Positions 23,840 to 37,800 of a DNA stretch of 63,923 nucleotides are shown piece after piece. The notes under the pieces are model-generated. The model saw only the letters and a list, made by a program, of their open reading frames with translations, made no database searches and had not been told where the DNA came from. The position numbers were made by a program, and so were the translations under genes. Source of the stretch: Klebsormidium nitens (Eukaryota; Plantae; Klebsormidiophyceae); the NCBI GenBank assembly GCA_000708835.1, contig DF237472.1:1-63923 (forward strand), read 5' to 3'. The stretch's first letter is position 1. Every line of letters begins with the position of its first letter.

Positions 23840-26800
23840 ATGGCGGGCCGATCCGGCGCCGCAGCGGCGTCGCTGCTCCTCGTCTTCTTCCTAACGTTGG
23901 GTCCTGCCCTTGCTTACCAAGCGGAGGATGTAAACAGCCGGGTTATGTGGGCGGGTCAGCACGGGGTTGTGCGGAGAACCCTCCTGGCGACGAATGATTC
24001 AATCTACCAGCAACAACTCATCGATGCGGCGAATGCGCACGCGGCGGCGGCATTGGCGATCACGCCGAGGGTGGATCCCACGAATGGGATGAAGAAGTAC
24101 GAGGGGGGGTATGACGTCACCGACATGCACTACTGGGCGGTGAGTGAGGGGTTGCTTCTCGAATTGTCTCTCAGAGAGAAGTCAGAACTCAGATCGAAGG
24201 CCAAAAGAAGGAGGTACGAAAGGACTAGATGAGGCCTGAGGGAACCGTCCGTTGTTATGGGATCTAACACCTAGTTTGCCATTCCTCTGCGAGCCTGTTT
24301 TACACCAGCAGTGTGCGATAAGGGGGGGCCTAAGGAAGGGTTGTCGACGCTTGGATGATATTGCGTAAGACGAGAGACGGTCCTTTCTCTGGGTGCACTT
24401 GATAATATTCGCCGAGGTCTGTGGCTCGACCTGTTCATTGTCACTCGGCTGGTGGCTTCCTGAAGGCCAAAAGAATATTCAGGAAAGTCGCAAAGTGTAG
24501 ATGAAACCGATAAGCAGGACCCCGCAATCGCACTCGGTGACATTCACCGGAGTCTACGGTTTTGCCCTGCCTATCATCTAGATGCTGTTAAAGCAAACTG
24601 AGAGTCCCCAAAAATACCGTATTCAGGAGAAGGGAAAACAGATCCGCTTACCCCCCGTTTGCAGTAGGAGACGTTTAACCGGGTCTACAGCTTCGTCCTC
24701 GCTAACAAATTTCTACAGATGGGCTCCTCAAGACGACCTCAAGATATAACCAACTAGACAAAAAACAACAGTGAGACATGGAGAAACTTATCAAGTCCTC
24801 CGCTTGCAGTCGGTGGTATTCACCGGGGTCTACGGCTTTGCCCTGGCCATCATCTCCCTGCTGACGAGATCCTCTCAAGAGTTAGAAGAATCCAACTCAT
24901 TCAAAGCTAATTTACTCTATGAGCTACGAAGAGACTGACCCAGCTTTTCTTCTCTTGCAGTCGGTGGTATTCACCGGGGTCTACGGCTTTGCCCTGGCCA
25001 TCATTTCCCTGCTCGTCGGCATCCTGTACCTGCTCTTCAAGTGCTTCTGCGCCTGCTGCTGCTCCGGCCGGAACAAGAAACCGGTCGAGTATACGCTGAC
25101 CGCGCGCCTGTGGCCCAAGGCTTTGGTGCTCGTCTACACTCTGCTGGCTATGTGAGTGCTCGGCTTTTACTTACATCACTCTCTAGGAACCGTAAACTGT
25201 GTTCTGCCCTGTCGATCTTGCTCACATGACACAGCTGTGATTTTGACTGTGACTGGTTTCAGTAAGTATCCGTCAGCCTGCTCTATGTACTGATTGTTTT
25301 CTTCTCGAGTGGACCGGTTCAAGTGTTTCTTTACCTTCACCATAATTCGAACAAAGTAACCAACGCCTCGGAAAAAGCTCCCCGAGCACTGGATCCGCTG
25401 TTTCGTTGAAATCCGGATTCGATATTGTGACAAAAAATGGTGATCAAGAACTCTGACTCTGTAAAACACCCTGGTGCAGTTCCGGCGCCGTCGTGGTGTA
25501 CTCCGGAAACGGAAAGCTCAGCACCTCCCTCCGCGGAACCACCTCCACCATCATCAACGCCGTCGCTGACATCAAGGTCGACGTGGATCAGGTGAGTCAG
25601 CCATAGTCCAATTGACGCAATCGTTACGTCACCTATGAACTCTGATAACCGCAAGGAATGTATGCTGACGTGATGAACCACATGGCGCCGTCAGATCCCT
25701 GGATCGGTGCTGAAATCTCGGAGCAAGCCTCTCACAATGGCCCATGTACGACGAGATCCTGACTCGCAACATCCCTTGGGCATAGAGCTGCGTTGAAATA
25801 CGCGGTTTGGCGGACACGAGTCTGGAACACGAGGTGCTTCTCTCGTATTGGGCAGATAGCACTTATCCTTACCTAAAACCCTACCATTCACTCAACCACC
25901 CCGAAACGTCGTAAAGTCATGTCTCTTGTTTTAAAGGACCAATCCCCCAAATACCCACGCTCTCGCGGGTCGCGGCCGCGCTCCCAAATGCGACGCAGGC
26001 GCTCGACGGCAAGTCCGTCAGCACTGTTTCTTCCCAATCTGGAGACTATATTTTCAAAACCCCGCGCTGTCGCAGGCCGCGGCCGCGCTCACAAACGCGA
26101 TGCTCGAAGACAACACTGCCTGTCGGACCGAAGACTAAACCCCCAACTCCCCGCGTTCCTTGCCGGTCGCGGCCGCGCTCACAAACGCGACGCAGGCGCT
26201 CGACGACAAGTCCATACTGATCAAATCCCTCATTCTAAACCTCTAAAACCCCGCGCAGGTCGCGGCCGCGCTCACGAACGCGACGCAGGCGCTCGACGAC
26301 AAGTCCGGCAGCAGTGCCGTCATGGATGCCGCCAAGGGTCTGCAGGACGCAACGACCAGCGTCAATCTGACGGTGCAGGATAACAAGGACAAAGTCTACG
26401 GCTACTTCGACAAAGTGTAAGCGCTCCGTTGCTCCGCTCTTTCGTTGCGGCGTTCCGCCGTATTTGCTCAAAATTCATTTTGCGACTTGACGTATTGGAG
26501 GGCAGTTTTCCTGACAGTGCACGATAACAAAGACGAAGTCTACAGATACTTCGATAGAGTGTGAGGGTTCCGTTCCTCCGCTCTTCCGTCGCTCCTCGTT
26601 CCGCCGTATCTGCTCGACGTCTTTTCTGCGGCTTTCCTTCCTGTACTTCCTCCCAGAGCACTCAGCTCGCTTGCGTCAATCTGACGGTGCAGGATAACCA
26701 GGACAAAGTCTACGGCTACTTCGACAAAATCTATGTGTTCCGCTTTGCTCTCTTCCTCGCACCTTATTCCGGCGTCTTTGTGATACTTGCGACATCCCGT

Positions 26801-29800
26801 CAAGCCGGAAACGTTTCGGCCATCCCCCGTCAGCTTTGACGGTGCAAGAGGAAAAAGAGCGGACAAAGACCTCGACAAAAGGGGACTATCACGGGGAGTC
26901 CTCTCTTCCATTTTACCGTACAGTTCTGCTCTATAGTCCTTCTTTTCCGTCGTTCCGTTCCTTCTTCCAGTGTCCGCAGCACAGAAACGAGAAACCCCGT
27001 TTGAAGCTACTTGACAACATGTGATCGCCGAGTATCCGTTGAATGTACACGCTAAACCGCGCGCGCACGCTTAAGCCCGTTCCCCAATCCCTAGATGCTG
27101 TCCCGTCGCAGGAAGCTCGCGCTGACCATTATCGCGGCGATCGTGCTCGCGCTTTCCGTCGCGGGGCTCGCGAGCACGGTTTTGGGCGTCCGGCCGCTGC
27201 TGATGATACTCTTCGTGGTCGCCCTCATCATACTCTTCTTCACGTGGCTGCTGTTCGGCATCACTTTCATGCTCGACAAGTAAGAGAACAGTTCGAACTA
27301 CTCCTTTGTTCTGGTGCTCTCCTCTAGTTCACTTTTCTCTTGACAAAGAAGGGCTTTTTTGGAGATAGCGCCAACCGTGGATTCGAAACGCTCTTGCTGG
27401 TCGGAACCACCTGACATGAGATAATATAACTGCGTCTCCTGAATAACTCGACCCACATCTTCCTTACGCGCTGCTCCTTGTCAGCCCTTCTTGTCAGTAG
27501 GCGCCGTCTTTGTTGCGGCCACTCTTCTCTTATCTGTACCCACGTTTTGGGCAACATTTAGGAAAGCACTAATTGGTAGCCCTTCAGAAGTCTGTCGTGA
27601 TTTCCTTCAAAACTACGACTCTTACATACGGGGGTAGATGAATCACGGACTTGCGAACGGTTAATTTTGTTTCTGACTCACGGTCACTGTGTGTTTGCAG
27701 CGTGATTACGGACACGTGTCAGGCCATGGAGTCGTACACGATCGACTCCCGGAACAGCTCCCTCGGAGAGCTTCTCCCGTGCATTGACACAGACACCGCC
27801 AACGACGCACTCAACAAGGGCAAGCAGTCGGTCAAGAATCTGGTAACACAGGTGCGCTCCCACTGGTTTCTTAGAAAAATTGACACTTTCATAAAAGCAA
27901 GGAATAGTGGGGAGTCGGAAACCAAGAGCAGCACCGCAACGTCAAATGTTTATGGGAATTTCATGACAAACTGTGAAGATGTTGCATCCTTCCATCTTCT
28001 GTCTGACTCCGACTCGGACGCTGAATGACGGAAGCGCAAGCCCATGGCTTGCTTCCTCGCTCTTTTCGAACTTTTTGATCGCGTTTTCCTAAGTGTAGGG
28101 CAACGACGGGATGAAAAACGCAAACGACGACCGTACGGCCGCCCTCATCCGATACCCGACGCGCGAATCCCCTTTTTCTTTATGTTGCCCTCAATCTGCG
28201 TTCTCCTGTAAGTACAGGTGAATTGCGGAATCAAGAATGTACTCGTTGAGATTCTTTCAAAAGCTCAAAGCTGTACATTCTCATCGCAGGTGAACGGCGG
28301 AATCAAAAAACCTAACTACGTCCGCACGGCCCCTCTCTCTCGATACCCGACGCTCGATTCTGAAAGCGCAATTCCACTCACATCCATTTGTCGAGTTTCT
28401 GCCTGTCAAAAACCTGAAAGCTCTATATTTGTCAAACGCAGGTGAACGGCGGAATCAAGAACGCAAACGACGCCCGCACAGCGGCCCTCATCCGGTACCC
28501 GACGCTCAATGCGGGCAGCGCGATCCCCTACCTCTGCGACCCTTACGGCCCCTCCCCCGACTATGACACCGCGTCTTGTCCCCCGGACCAGGGAAGGCTC
28601 GGAACGTTCCGTCAGGTGAGGGAGAGATGACGTGAGCAATGGATTCTGCTTTTTCTGGGTGTTTGTATCACCCAATTGTTGCGACCCCTATGGGCCCTAC
28701 CCCGATTACGACACCGCGCGTCATGCCCCCCAAACCAGGGAAGGCTCGGAACATTCCGCGAGTTGAAGACATATAACGTCAGCAGAAAGGTCACGTCAGC
28801 AGGGCTCTTGGCTTTCCCAGGCGTTTAGAGCAATTGAGCTTTTGCGACGCTTGTGGCACGATCTCCGACCCCAACTTGCACGGAGCCCATCGAAGCAGGG
28901 AGTGAAGTCTCGGGGCAGTTCAAAGCTGAGAATGTCTCATGAGAACCCAAAGAGTCTAGTTTCATTCAGATACGGTTTGAGGTTTACCAGCAGAATGAAA
29001 AAATTTGGGCCCTTTTTGATCACCAGGAATGTAAGCGCTGTGCCATCCAGCTTGGCGTCTTTCACACATGGGAGTTGGGCGACGTGCTGACCTTCACTTA
29101 GATGATACATTGCTAGCTCATGCATCTCGATAACAATAATAACCCACGTCAACTCACTTCAGTCTCCTTTCCATTGCAACACAACCTCTTGCGTGCGCTT
29201 CCGGGCCAGAACAAAATCAGCCGCATTCAGGGGGTTCCCTCCAGAGCCGGTTTCTGACTGTGAAGCCCCCCCCCTTCCGCAGAACTATTCCGCTTTCGCG
29301 TGCGACACTGACGACGGCCAGACGTGCGACCAGAATCACAAGCCCATCAAAAACACCGACTTCAACAAGATGGTCAACGCAACCGGGGCTGCCGAGGTGA
29401 GAATGCGCCCTCTTTTTTCTTTAGAGTGTGTAAGCGCACTTCCATTTGCCTCTGATAACGCGCGTTCGAGCAAACCGATTTGGGAAGAGCGTCGTCACCG
29501 CATGATTGAGAATGTGCCAAGCTTTTGGTTGAGAATGTGCCAGGCTTTTGATTGAGAATGTGCCAAGATTCCGCCCATGTCCGATTGCGGGCCGAAGACT
29601 TGAATAAAGCAGATTCATAAAACGGACTTCAAGTCTCTGAACTCTCTTGGACATTTATGGTGACTTCGACAATCAGAGGGCATTTTCTCACAGCGGTCTT
29701 CGTCATCTGCAAATCGTTCAAACCGGAGCTCATGTAGCTAGAGAGAAACCCCTCAGTCGAGATCCTCGGCCACAAGCATCAGATACAGAATCCACTTTAA

Positions 29801-30070
29801 CGTGACTTCGTTCTTTTCCCACAGAGCGTGATCATCATTATGCCCGTGCTTTTCGACCTCGTCACGTGCCAGTTCGTCAACGTCACCTTCACCAAGGTCG
29901 TGACGTACGACTGCGCGCCCATGAAGACGTCACTCAACCTGCTGTGGATCGGTTTCGTGGTGGTTAGCGTTGCCTTCGTCTTCTTGGAAGTTTTCTGGAT
30001 GGTCGTGCGGACGCGCGTGCCCCGAAACGACGTTTCGCGCGTGCAGCACATCAACGACCAGCCGCTGTAA
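23840..30070 (+). CDS. Plant Tweety-like multi-pass transmembrane protein (uncharacterised plant family), ~537 aa, 9 exons
   Basis: Exons 23840-24139, 24961-25151, 25480-25591, 26259-26416, 27112-27279, 27701-27851, 28442-28615, 29283-29396, 29825-30070; phase-compatible. Signal peptide; family motif RVDPTNGMKKYEGGYDVTDMHYWASVVFTG; several hydrophobic helices; DTCQAM...LGELLPC, LCDPYGP, LVTCQFV...DC...LNLLWIG. Confidence 0.85.
24525..28770 (+). repeat. Exon-echo arrays in the Tweety-like gene (exons 2, 4, 7)
   Basis: Exon 2 start copies at 24534, 24665, 24810 (real 24961). Exon 4 start copies at 25969, 26076, 26166 (real 26259), with end copies at 26560, 26730, ~26880 (real 26416). Exon 7 start copies at ~28099, 28218, 28290 (real 28442), with an end copy at ~28761 (real 28615). 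Confidence 0.9.
29504..29567 (+). repeat. Intronic 23-bp tandem repeat x2.8 (GATTGAGAATGTGCCAAGCTTTT)
   Basis: Read directly; 1-2 mismatches between units. Confidence 0.85.
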
Positions 30071-31831
30071 CGCGGTAACGCTTCAGCGCCGTGATAGTTA
30101 GGGCCGACGTTAACCGCCCTAACTACGTAAACTTCAGGGGGTTAGACTTACTGGCGGTGTCGCGGCAGAACGTTAGTAGAGTCGAGCTTTTAGGGGAAGC
30201 AAGACTGATTGAAAACAGATCACGGCCAGAATATAGGACGCGGTATTCCGCAGAGCTTCGCTCTCACTGAGGAGCCGTTCGATAGACGGCTCAGATAGGT
30301 ATGGTTGATCACCGTTCATAGAGATTCGCACCATCAATGGAGTTTTGGCCCAACAAGAGGACTCTAGACCGACAGGTGGCTTGCGTAGGGATTTGAAGCG
30401 GCACGGTAGAAGCCCTCTTAACGAAATTGTTGCCACAAATCAGAAAAGGTAGGAGCTTGCGAGTAGACTGCGTGTAAATCTATACAGCCAGCTTTGAATC
30501 AGTACAGTTGAAGATGATTGGGGAGGAATCCTAACCGAATGATAGCCTATAGATGAACGATTGGGGCACATCGAGACCGAGGTACAGAGAACGCGCGCGC
30601 TCTTGCGGCCAAGAAATCATAAGCTGGCAATTTGTGCTTCTTATAGCGGCGGTATATATTGATCGAACTTATTCAGATTGAAAACCTGGTTTTGAGTCTC
30701 AAGCGTGGCCGTCGCCGTGCTATAGCTTCTCAGAAGCCACATGCAACTGAGTTACATGACACTGAAGATCATGAAGACTGGCCTGGCGGGTGCTGGTGAT
30801 TGATTGATTCGATTGTGGCCGCGGGCTTGAATAGCACGCATATATCAATGTGGGCCGGGCCCCGGAGATTGAATCTGGATATGACTCTAGACGTATACCA
30901 AGTCCCGGTCGACTAGGACGACCGCCGTCAATGATTAACTCAAAGCTTCCATTGATGGTCGGCCCTTAATTGGTGAGCCTCATTTGCGCATCTACGTCAC
31001 TGTCAGTATGAAGCCTGCATGTGAGGGACATGCACAAGACTCTCAGGCTGACAGGGTGGCTGTCTGATACATACGTACGTGGCGGCTGTCAGTGGCTGAG
31101 TCGCCGGCGCAAGTCCATATAGTACTAAGCTGTACGTAGCGCGTTCTGAATCCGCTCCTGTAATTTGGTATAGCACTGACTTATAGTACTGAGCTGCACT
31201 GAGCGAGCAAAGCATATGCCATGTGATTCAATTCTTGTGCGGCATCAAATCATTCTTCAGTGACAGTGACAGTCAGACCCACTAACTTAATTATTGCATA
31301 GGCTGCCGCGCATCCTAGTGACTGATCAATCATGTATAATTAAACGTCCTTCAGGCCCGCTAAATTCATCATTGAGCAGCCCGCACCGATTCAGATCTCG
31401 AGAGGTTACGGTCTCTTTTCCTGCATCAGGCTCTTGCTGCTCACTCGATCAGTAACGGCTAACAGTTTGATGGAACGCTACAACTAGGTAGAAAAGACTC
31501 GTTGCTTCTCTTACTTTCGCTTCTAGTTCCAGGCCTTGAACGGCTTCTCCTTCGTTCTCTTCAACGCTCTGTGTATATTCGGCTGCGAATGCCAAGACAA
31601 GAACTATCTCACATACGAAGCATGGTCGCTTTTGACACTCCTACTTCAACCCATGATTGGACACTCCTGCGGTAGTGTTGCGCGTGCTTCCTCAGACTCA
31701 CGTAGTAAGGAAACTAGACCCGCGGCTTGACAGCAATGGGCGTCAAGACCGGAAACTCACGCACGAAACCGTTAACGCCTCTTTGGCAATTCATTCCCTA
31801 TACTAGGCAGTCAATCCCTAAGTGGGCACAA

Positions 31832-34800
31832 CTAGAACGGCGGCTCGATCGCAATGGGCGTCGGAACCAGCGGCTCATATTCCAAACCGTTACCGCCCAT
31901 CCCATTCCCCGCTGGGATTCCCACTCCAAACTTGGTGTGGTATTGGTCTCCTTTGTTCGCTAACGGAACTCCAGCGTCCTTCAGCTTCCGAATGAGGCGC
32001 GCCTCTAGTTCTCGTGACCGGCTCTTCCCCTCGGGCAAGTGAAGGGCGTAAAAGTTGAGAGCGGTTCCGGGGGGTTTGACGCTGCGGTGCCGCTTGACTC
32101 GTCCCCTCAGATCGTCCGTCTGCGGGTCAGAAATGGACAGACCAGTTTGGATCAACAAAAAGGCAAGGTGGAAACTTGGTCCATATGAGATAGGACTATA
32201 AATTGTTTTGTTGAGGACGCGAAAGGCTGGCCCCCTCTTGTCATGAAAGTGAAGGGCTGACTGTTCCTTGCCGTTAAAGTCGTGAGTAGTGCTTACAAGC
32301 GGATGGCAATCGCGGGACAAAGCACGACATAGCTGAGTAGAAGCATGAGCTTTCGTGTATGACGATGAAATAGTGCATCATTTCTCGCTATGCAAGAGTA
32401 TCAAGGAGATAAAACTACTGTCAAAAGCGCGCTACTGCATAATTCGCAGTTGTTCGAAAGCAGATGCGTCCGTGTCTTCACAAATCAACAACGAAAGGGC
32501 TTCCGAATCAGCAGTACCATTTCGCGATGCAAGGATGAAGGAGACGAATCTGAAAAGTTCAATCTTGTCATCAGTCAGATTGTTCCAAAGCGGGATGTGT
32601 TATTCAATCCACAGAAATTCATCACATCATCAAAATGCGAGAGTTGGCAAGGTTCGCCAAAACCCCACCTCGCCAACGTAAAATGCTCCGTCAGTACGCT
32701 GGAAGATATACAGATACGCCCGATTCACCGTGGCAGGGGGGGGCACGCTCCCAGCGTCGATGGCAATGAACGCGCCCCCCCCTTTGGAAGCACCCTCGAA
32801 ATACATCTCCCCAGTGAGATCCTTAAAGAGGGGCGTCACGTCTTTCAGCCCCTTGAAGGCAGGCTTCCCGTTTTTCCGCCGAGCGCCGTTCTGAGATATC
32901 CCTCCCTTCGGTTGCGACGCGTGAAAATGCGCGAGGAAGAGGGCATTTGTATCCAGGGGGGATTCTTCGCCGGACGGTTCTTGAGGGGGGGTTAAAAGGG
33001 AGGTCTCCTGGGGGGTAATTTGGAGGGGCGTTTCTTGGGGAGGGGTTTGGTTTTGAAGCAATTGTTGCTTGAGTTCGATCGCCCGGTCGACTAGCCCGGG
33101 GGGTATGCCCGCAAGAAGGGCCGTCTCCATTGCCAGGCTCTCCCGGCACTGCAAAACAAAAGCAAAGTTCACGAGATATTGTCATAATAATCCGGCCCAC
33201 AGAAGTCCAAGACCTCCTGATAATGCAGGAGATCGTAAAGATATGTGTTCTGTACCGATCAGACTCTGTAGTATACTCGCGTCAGAGTCCCACGATAATC
33301 CTTGATGACGGAGATTCCTTACATTCTTCTGTTTCTCTGGAGCCTCAAAACTCATTTAAAGACAAAGGAAGCCCATCAAACACGGAAGCAGATAGAAGTG
33401 TCTTCAGAACTGGCTTCCAACTCCAGACAGCCAACATGCGCTTCCGTTTCTGGAAAGGATTCACTCGGCAAACGGAGTATAAGGCATCATTACCGATGTC
33501 GCCGCAAGGCGGCTGTCGTCAAATCAAAAGGGACCCCAACGTGGTTTTATTCGTTTGCTCATTCTGCAGTTTAAGGTCCATGTCTACATCTAAGTCAAAT
33601 ACAAATACATCTTTGAGAAAGCTTGAACGGCGACCCACCTTCGCATCCAGCGGCTGCCAACTCGCCCTTGCCCCTCTGTGCCGTCGTCCTCCACGCCACG
33701 TATTACGTCAGCAGGTCCATTTTCAGAAACCCACATCAATAACAATGTAAAGCTCTGAGAATTTTTTATCGAACCTTTTGGAAAGATTCAAAGGGCGACA
33801 CATCTCGCCATCCATACCTTCCAAGCCCTTCGCATGCGCTCCCGCTCTCATCGTTCCTCCATCATGCTTTCCATCGCCGTGCGTGCCACTTGTCGCATGC
33901 TTAAATCCATTCCAGAACTCTAAACCATTCAGAAATATCAACACAATCCCCAAAGCTAAGGAAAAAAGGCGACTCACCTCCCAGTCTATCAGCTCCAAGA
34001 CGCCCTCCAAGACGCCCTTCGCACAGGTCCCCCGCTGATGTCGTCCTCCATCGTGGTCCTCATCGCCATGCGTGCCACGTGTCGCACTTTTGAGTTCAAG
34101 TCAAAACCCTAAACCATCAGAAACATTAGAAAGATTCGAAATCTAGGAAAAACAGGCGACCCACCTCCCCATCTATCAGCTTCCAGGTCGCCCTTCGCAC
34201 GGGCCGCCCGCTTCCGTCATCTTCCAACTTAGTCCCCATCGCCATGCGTGCCACGTGTCGCGTTTTCAGGTCCATGTCCAGAACCCCGTGCAAGTGCGTC
34301 GCCAAAATTCCCATGCAACCGGTGGCGTCCAGGCACTCCAGGACCATTCCGACGAAGGCTGTTCCGTCGTGGACTTCCGTTCCTTTCCCGAGCTCGTCCA
34401 CCTGGCGGAACGGAATGAGCGTGTCAGTATTCTAGAAAGACAACTTGAACACACGTCAGGATGGAAGAAGTGAAGAAGGTTACGAAAAAACTTCCGACGA
34501 AGGCCATTCCGTTGTGGACGTCCGTTCCTTTCCCGAGCTCGTCCACCTGGCGACCGGAATAAGCTGTCAGCACTCAAAGAACCCCAGAAAGAAGACCGAA
34601 CCCCCAGCAGAATATATAAGTGGAAAGAGAGCTTAGGATACTTCTGTTCCTTTCCCGAGCTCGCCCACCTGGCGGAACGGATTGAGCGTGTCAGCACTCC
34701 TAGATTCTGAGAAGAAGCCCTAATAAATCCAGATGCATTAAGATTTTGAGTGAAAGGCGGAGCCCTCCCAGATTCTCAAAAGAAGCCCTGAAAACTTCAG

Positions 34801-37800
34801 ATGCATTAAGATTCCGAGTGAAGGGCGGAGCACTCCGACAAAGGCCGTGGCGCCAAGGCTCCCGTTCCCCTTCAAAAGTCGATGCACTCAAGGCGGCTCG
34901 AATGATTTGACGATGCATCAGGGATATCTTGAGGTCTATGGGGCCACTCACCTGAACATTTTCTGTTAAATATCTTATCGTATAGATCACCAAAAATCAA
35001 ACATGCAGGTGCGATGAGGACGAAATGGGGGCCAAGGCTGCTTGTCAGAACACGGATTCTGTCCGTCAACGCCGTCAGAAGAATTTGCGTGTGGATCGCA
35101 TCGATCCGCCAAGTACTCTCCGGACCGTCCAAACAGCATATAGCATTGTCGACAAATAGGATTCCGGTCTTCCTGAATCCGCTGGTTCTCACAAACTTTG
35201 TCAAGATTGGTCGTCACGCTCAACGAAAGCCAGGCTCTTTTCCGTAATGTCCGCCAGAATGTTTTGCGTGTCAATCGCTTCACTCTGCAAGCTGCTCGGG
35301 CCTCGGCCGGACTGCCAAACGCCACTGAATCAGTCTTCGCGAAACACAAAGTTTGTGGATAAATCATTAAGAGTGCCCACCAAGACAAGACTTTTGCCCG
35401 TCACGTCCGCCAGAATGTTCCGCGTGTCGATCGCCTCCATCTGCCAGCTGCTCTTCGACTCTGCCGGACTGTCCGACAGAAACATGCGTAGCATATACGC
35501 GTCAAAGCGTGGGACGCCGGCTGCCGCGCACGGAATCATCAGGCCGCAGTTCGCCAGGAGAGCCGCGGCGCAGATTGCCCGCAGAATCGTCGATTTACCT
35601 GCAAATTGAGAGGTTACGTCAGCAAAGAGGTGACGTCAACAAGGAAAACAACATAAGATCGAAATGGGTCACGGGGGCCGCCGTGCAAGGGATCATCAAA
35701 CCGCACTTCGCCAGCAGAGCCGCAGCGCAGATTGCCCGCATAAACTTCCAGATACCCGCAAAGTGAAGGATCACGTCAGCGAAGAAGTGACGGCAGCAGA
35801 AAGGACAATCTGGTTTATTGAAACTGGGTCACGCGGGCTGCCGCGCAAGGAATCAGGCCGCAGTTCGCCAGCAGAGCCGCGGCGCAGATCGCCCGCAGAA
35901 TCGTCGATTTACCTGCAAAGTGAAGGACCACGTCAGCGAAGGGTGACGTCAGCAGAGACAAAAACTCGGGTTATTGAACTGGGTTACGCCGGCCGCCGTG
36001 GATGGAATCATCGGGCCGCACTTCGCAAATAGAGCCGCGGCACAGATCGCCCGCAGAATCTGCAAATGGAGCGACAACGTCAGCATAAAAAGAACATGGC
36101 TTATTGGAGCATAATGCGTGAGCCGCCGCACAAGGCAACATCAAACCGCAGTTCGCCAGCAGAGCCGCAGCGCAGATTGCCGGCATGAACTTCCATTTAC
36201 CCGCAAAGTGAAGGATAACGTCAGAAAAGAAGTGACGTCAGCAGAAAGGAAGATCTGGGTTATTCAATTTGGGTCACTTGGGTTGTCGCGCAAGGGATCA
36301 TCAGGCCGCAGTTTGCTGGCAGGGCCCCCGACGCAAACTGCCCGCAGAATTCGTCATTTGGCCTGCAAATGCAACGACGACGTCAGCGGATGAGTTACGC
36401 AGCAAAGAAAAAAACATGGCTTACTGGACCGGGGCATGGGGGCCGCTGCCGCAGGGGACCATCAGTTCGCCAGAGCGGCGGCGGAGATCGCCCGATTTGA
36501 CTGCGAAACAGAAAGATATGACGTCAGCTGAGGAGTGGCGGTACTCCAGCAGAGTCAAGCCGCAGGTTGTGCGGAATCGTTGATACGTTCAGCAAAAAGA
36601 GATTCACACCGTCAGTCAATTTCGTGAGAGCTCAGCAGACTACCAAGGACGTCGGCGAGATCGTCAGCGTGACGGCAGCAGACCTACGGATGTGTCGAGG
36701 CCGATCACACGGGTCGCAGGCACCAGGACACCATGCGCTGACGTTTTGCTGACGGGGCTGCGACGCCCGTCGCTCTTCATCTCAATATTCGTGAACACCC
36801 AAATGGTTGACTTGTCCCGCTCAAAAAGCAGAGTGTTGGAAGCACAGCGGCAAACGAAACTAGACAGGAAAGGCTTTCGGGGTTCCTGTATCCTCCCGCA
36901 TCTTAAAGAAGGCGTAACACCAGTTTTCGGTTGTTTGGGCTCTCCGAGTCTTCGCCCTTTTATGATGCTAACCTTGACGCCACTTTGATTAACGAGGTTG
37001 CCAGCCTGTAAGGAGCTTATAATCACAAACCCACGTTTTTAACGAGAAGCTTGAACTTGGGTTATAGAGCTGCGGAGTTCTAAGCTGTTTCTAGAAAGCC
37101 AGCGGAATAATCAGCAAAAAAGAGCTGCTTACCTGACGTGTTGGGCCCTGTCAACAGCACCATCGACTCAATCCCAAACGTATTCGGCACCGCCCCCAAG
37201 TCCAGCCAGAACGGAACAAGGCCCTCCACGCTCAGCCGCCGCTTCCCCACAGACTCCATTGCCCCATTCTCGTCACTGCCCACGTTTTGTCCACCATTAC
37301 CACCACCTTTACCGTTCTTGCTTGGCCGTCCGACCTTTTTCTTCGGCGAGCTTTCGACTTTGGAAGGCTTTGGCGCGCCATGCTGAGCGGCCACGGCCGA
37401 GGGATCCCCCGGGTTTGGGGGATCATCCAAAAGGATGGGGAAGACCCAGCGCCGCTGCATGCCTTCGGTGACGTGCATTTGAAGCGACTTGGCGACGATT
37501 GCGAAGCACGCAATTGTGCGGATCGCCTTGAGCTTCGGCTGCACAAGAGATTTTCAAGTCAGACATAAAACGGGAGACAAGGATTGACTGGCACGTTTTC
37601 GGCTGTAGGTCTTGAGGGTGGCCTTGTTACCGAATAAGCGTGTTAGAAAAACATCGTCTGTGAGGAGTAAACTACGCAGTTCACGGTGTCAATGGTCGTT
37701 GGGCTGTTGGGACAGACGTCGAACCGAAGATTGCTGTTCAAAGAAGTCAAGCGAGACTCCCGATAGATGTAGAATCCATCACGTCCCACCATGAAATCGT

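Noticed and set aside
35598-36520. Regularly spaced ~150-bp repeats as a CRISPR array or mobile element
   Set aside because: The repeated part is host exon plus splice site. There are no constant repeat/unique spacer units, cas genes, terminal repeats, TSDs or transposase ORFs, and the DNA is eukaryotic.
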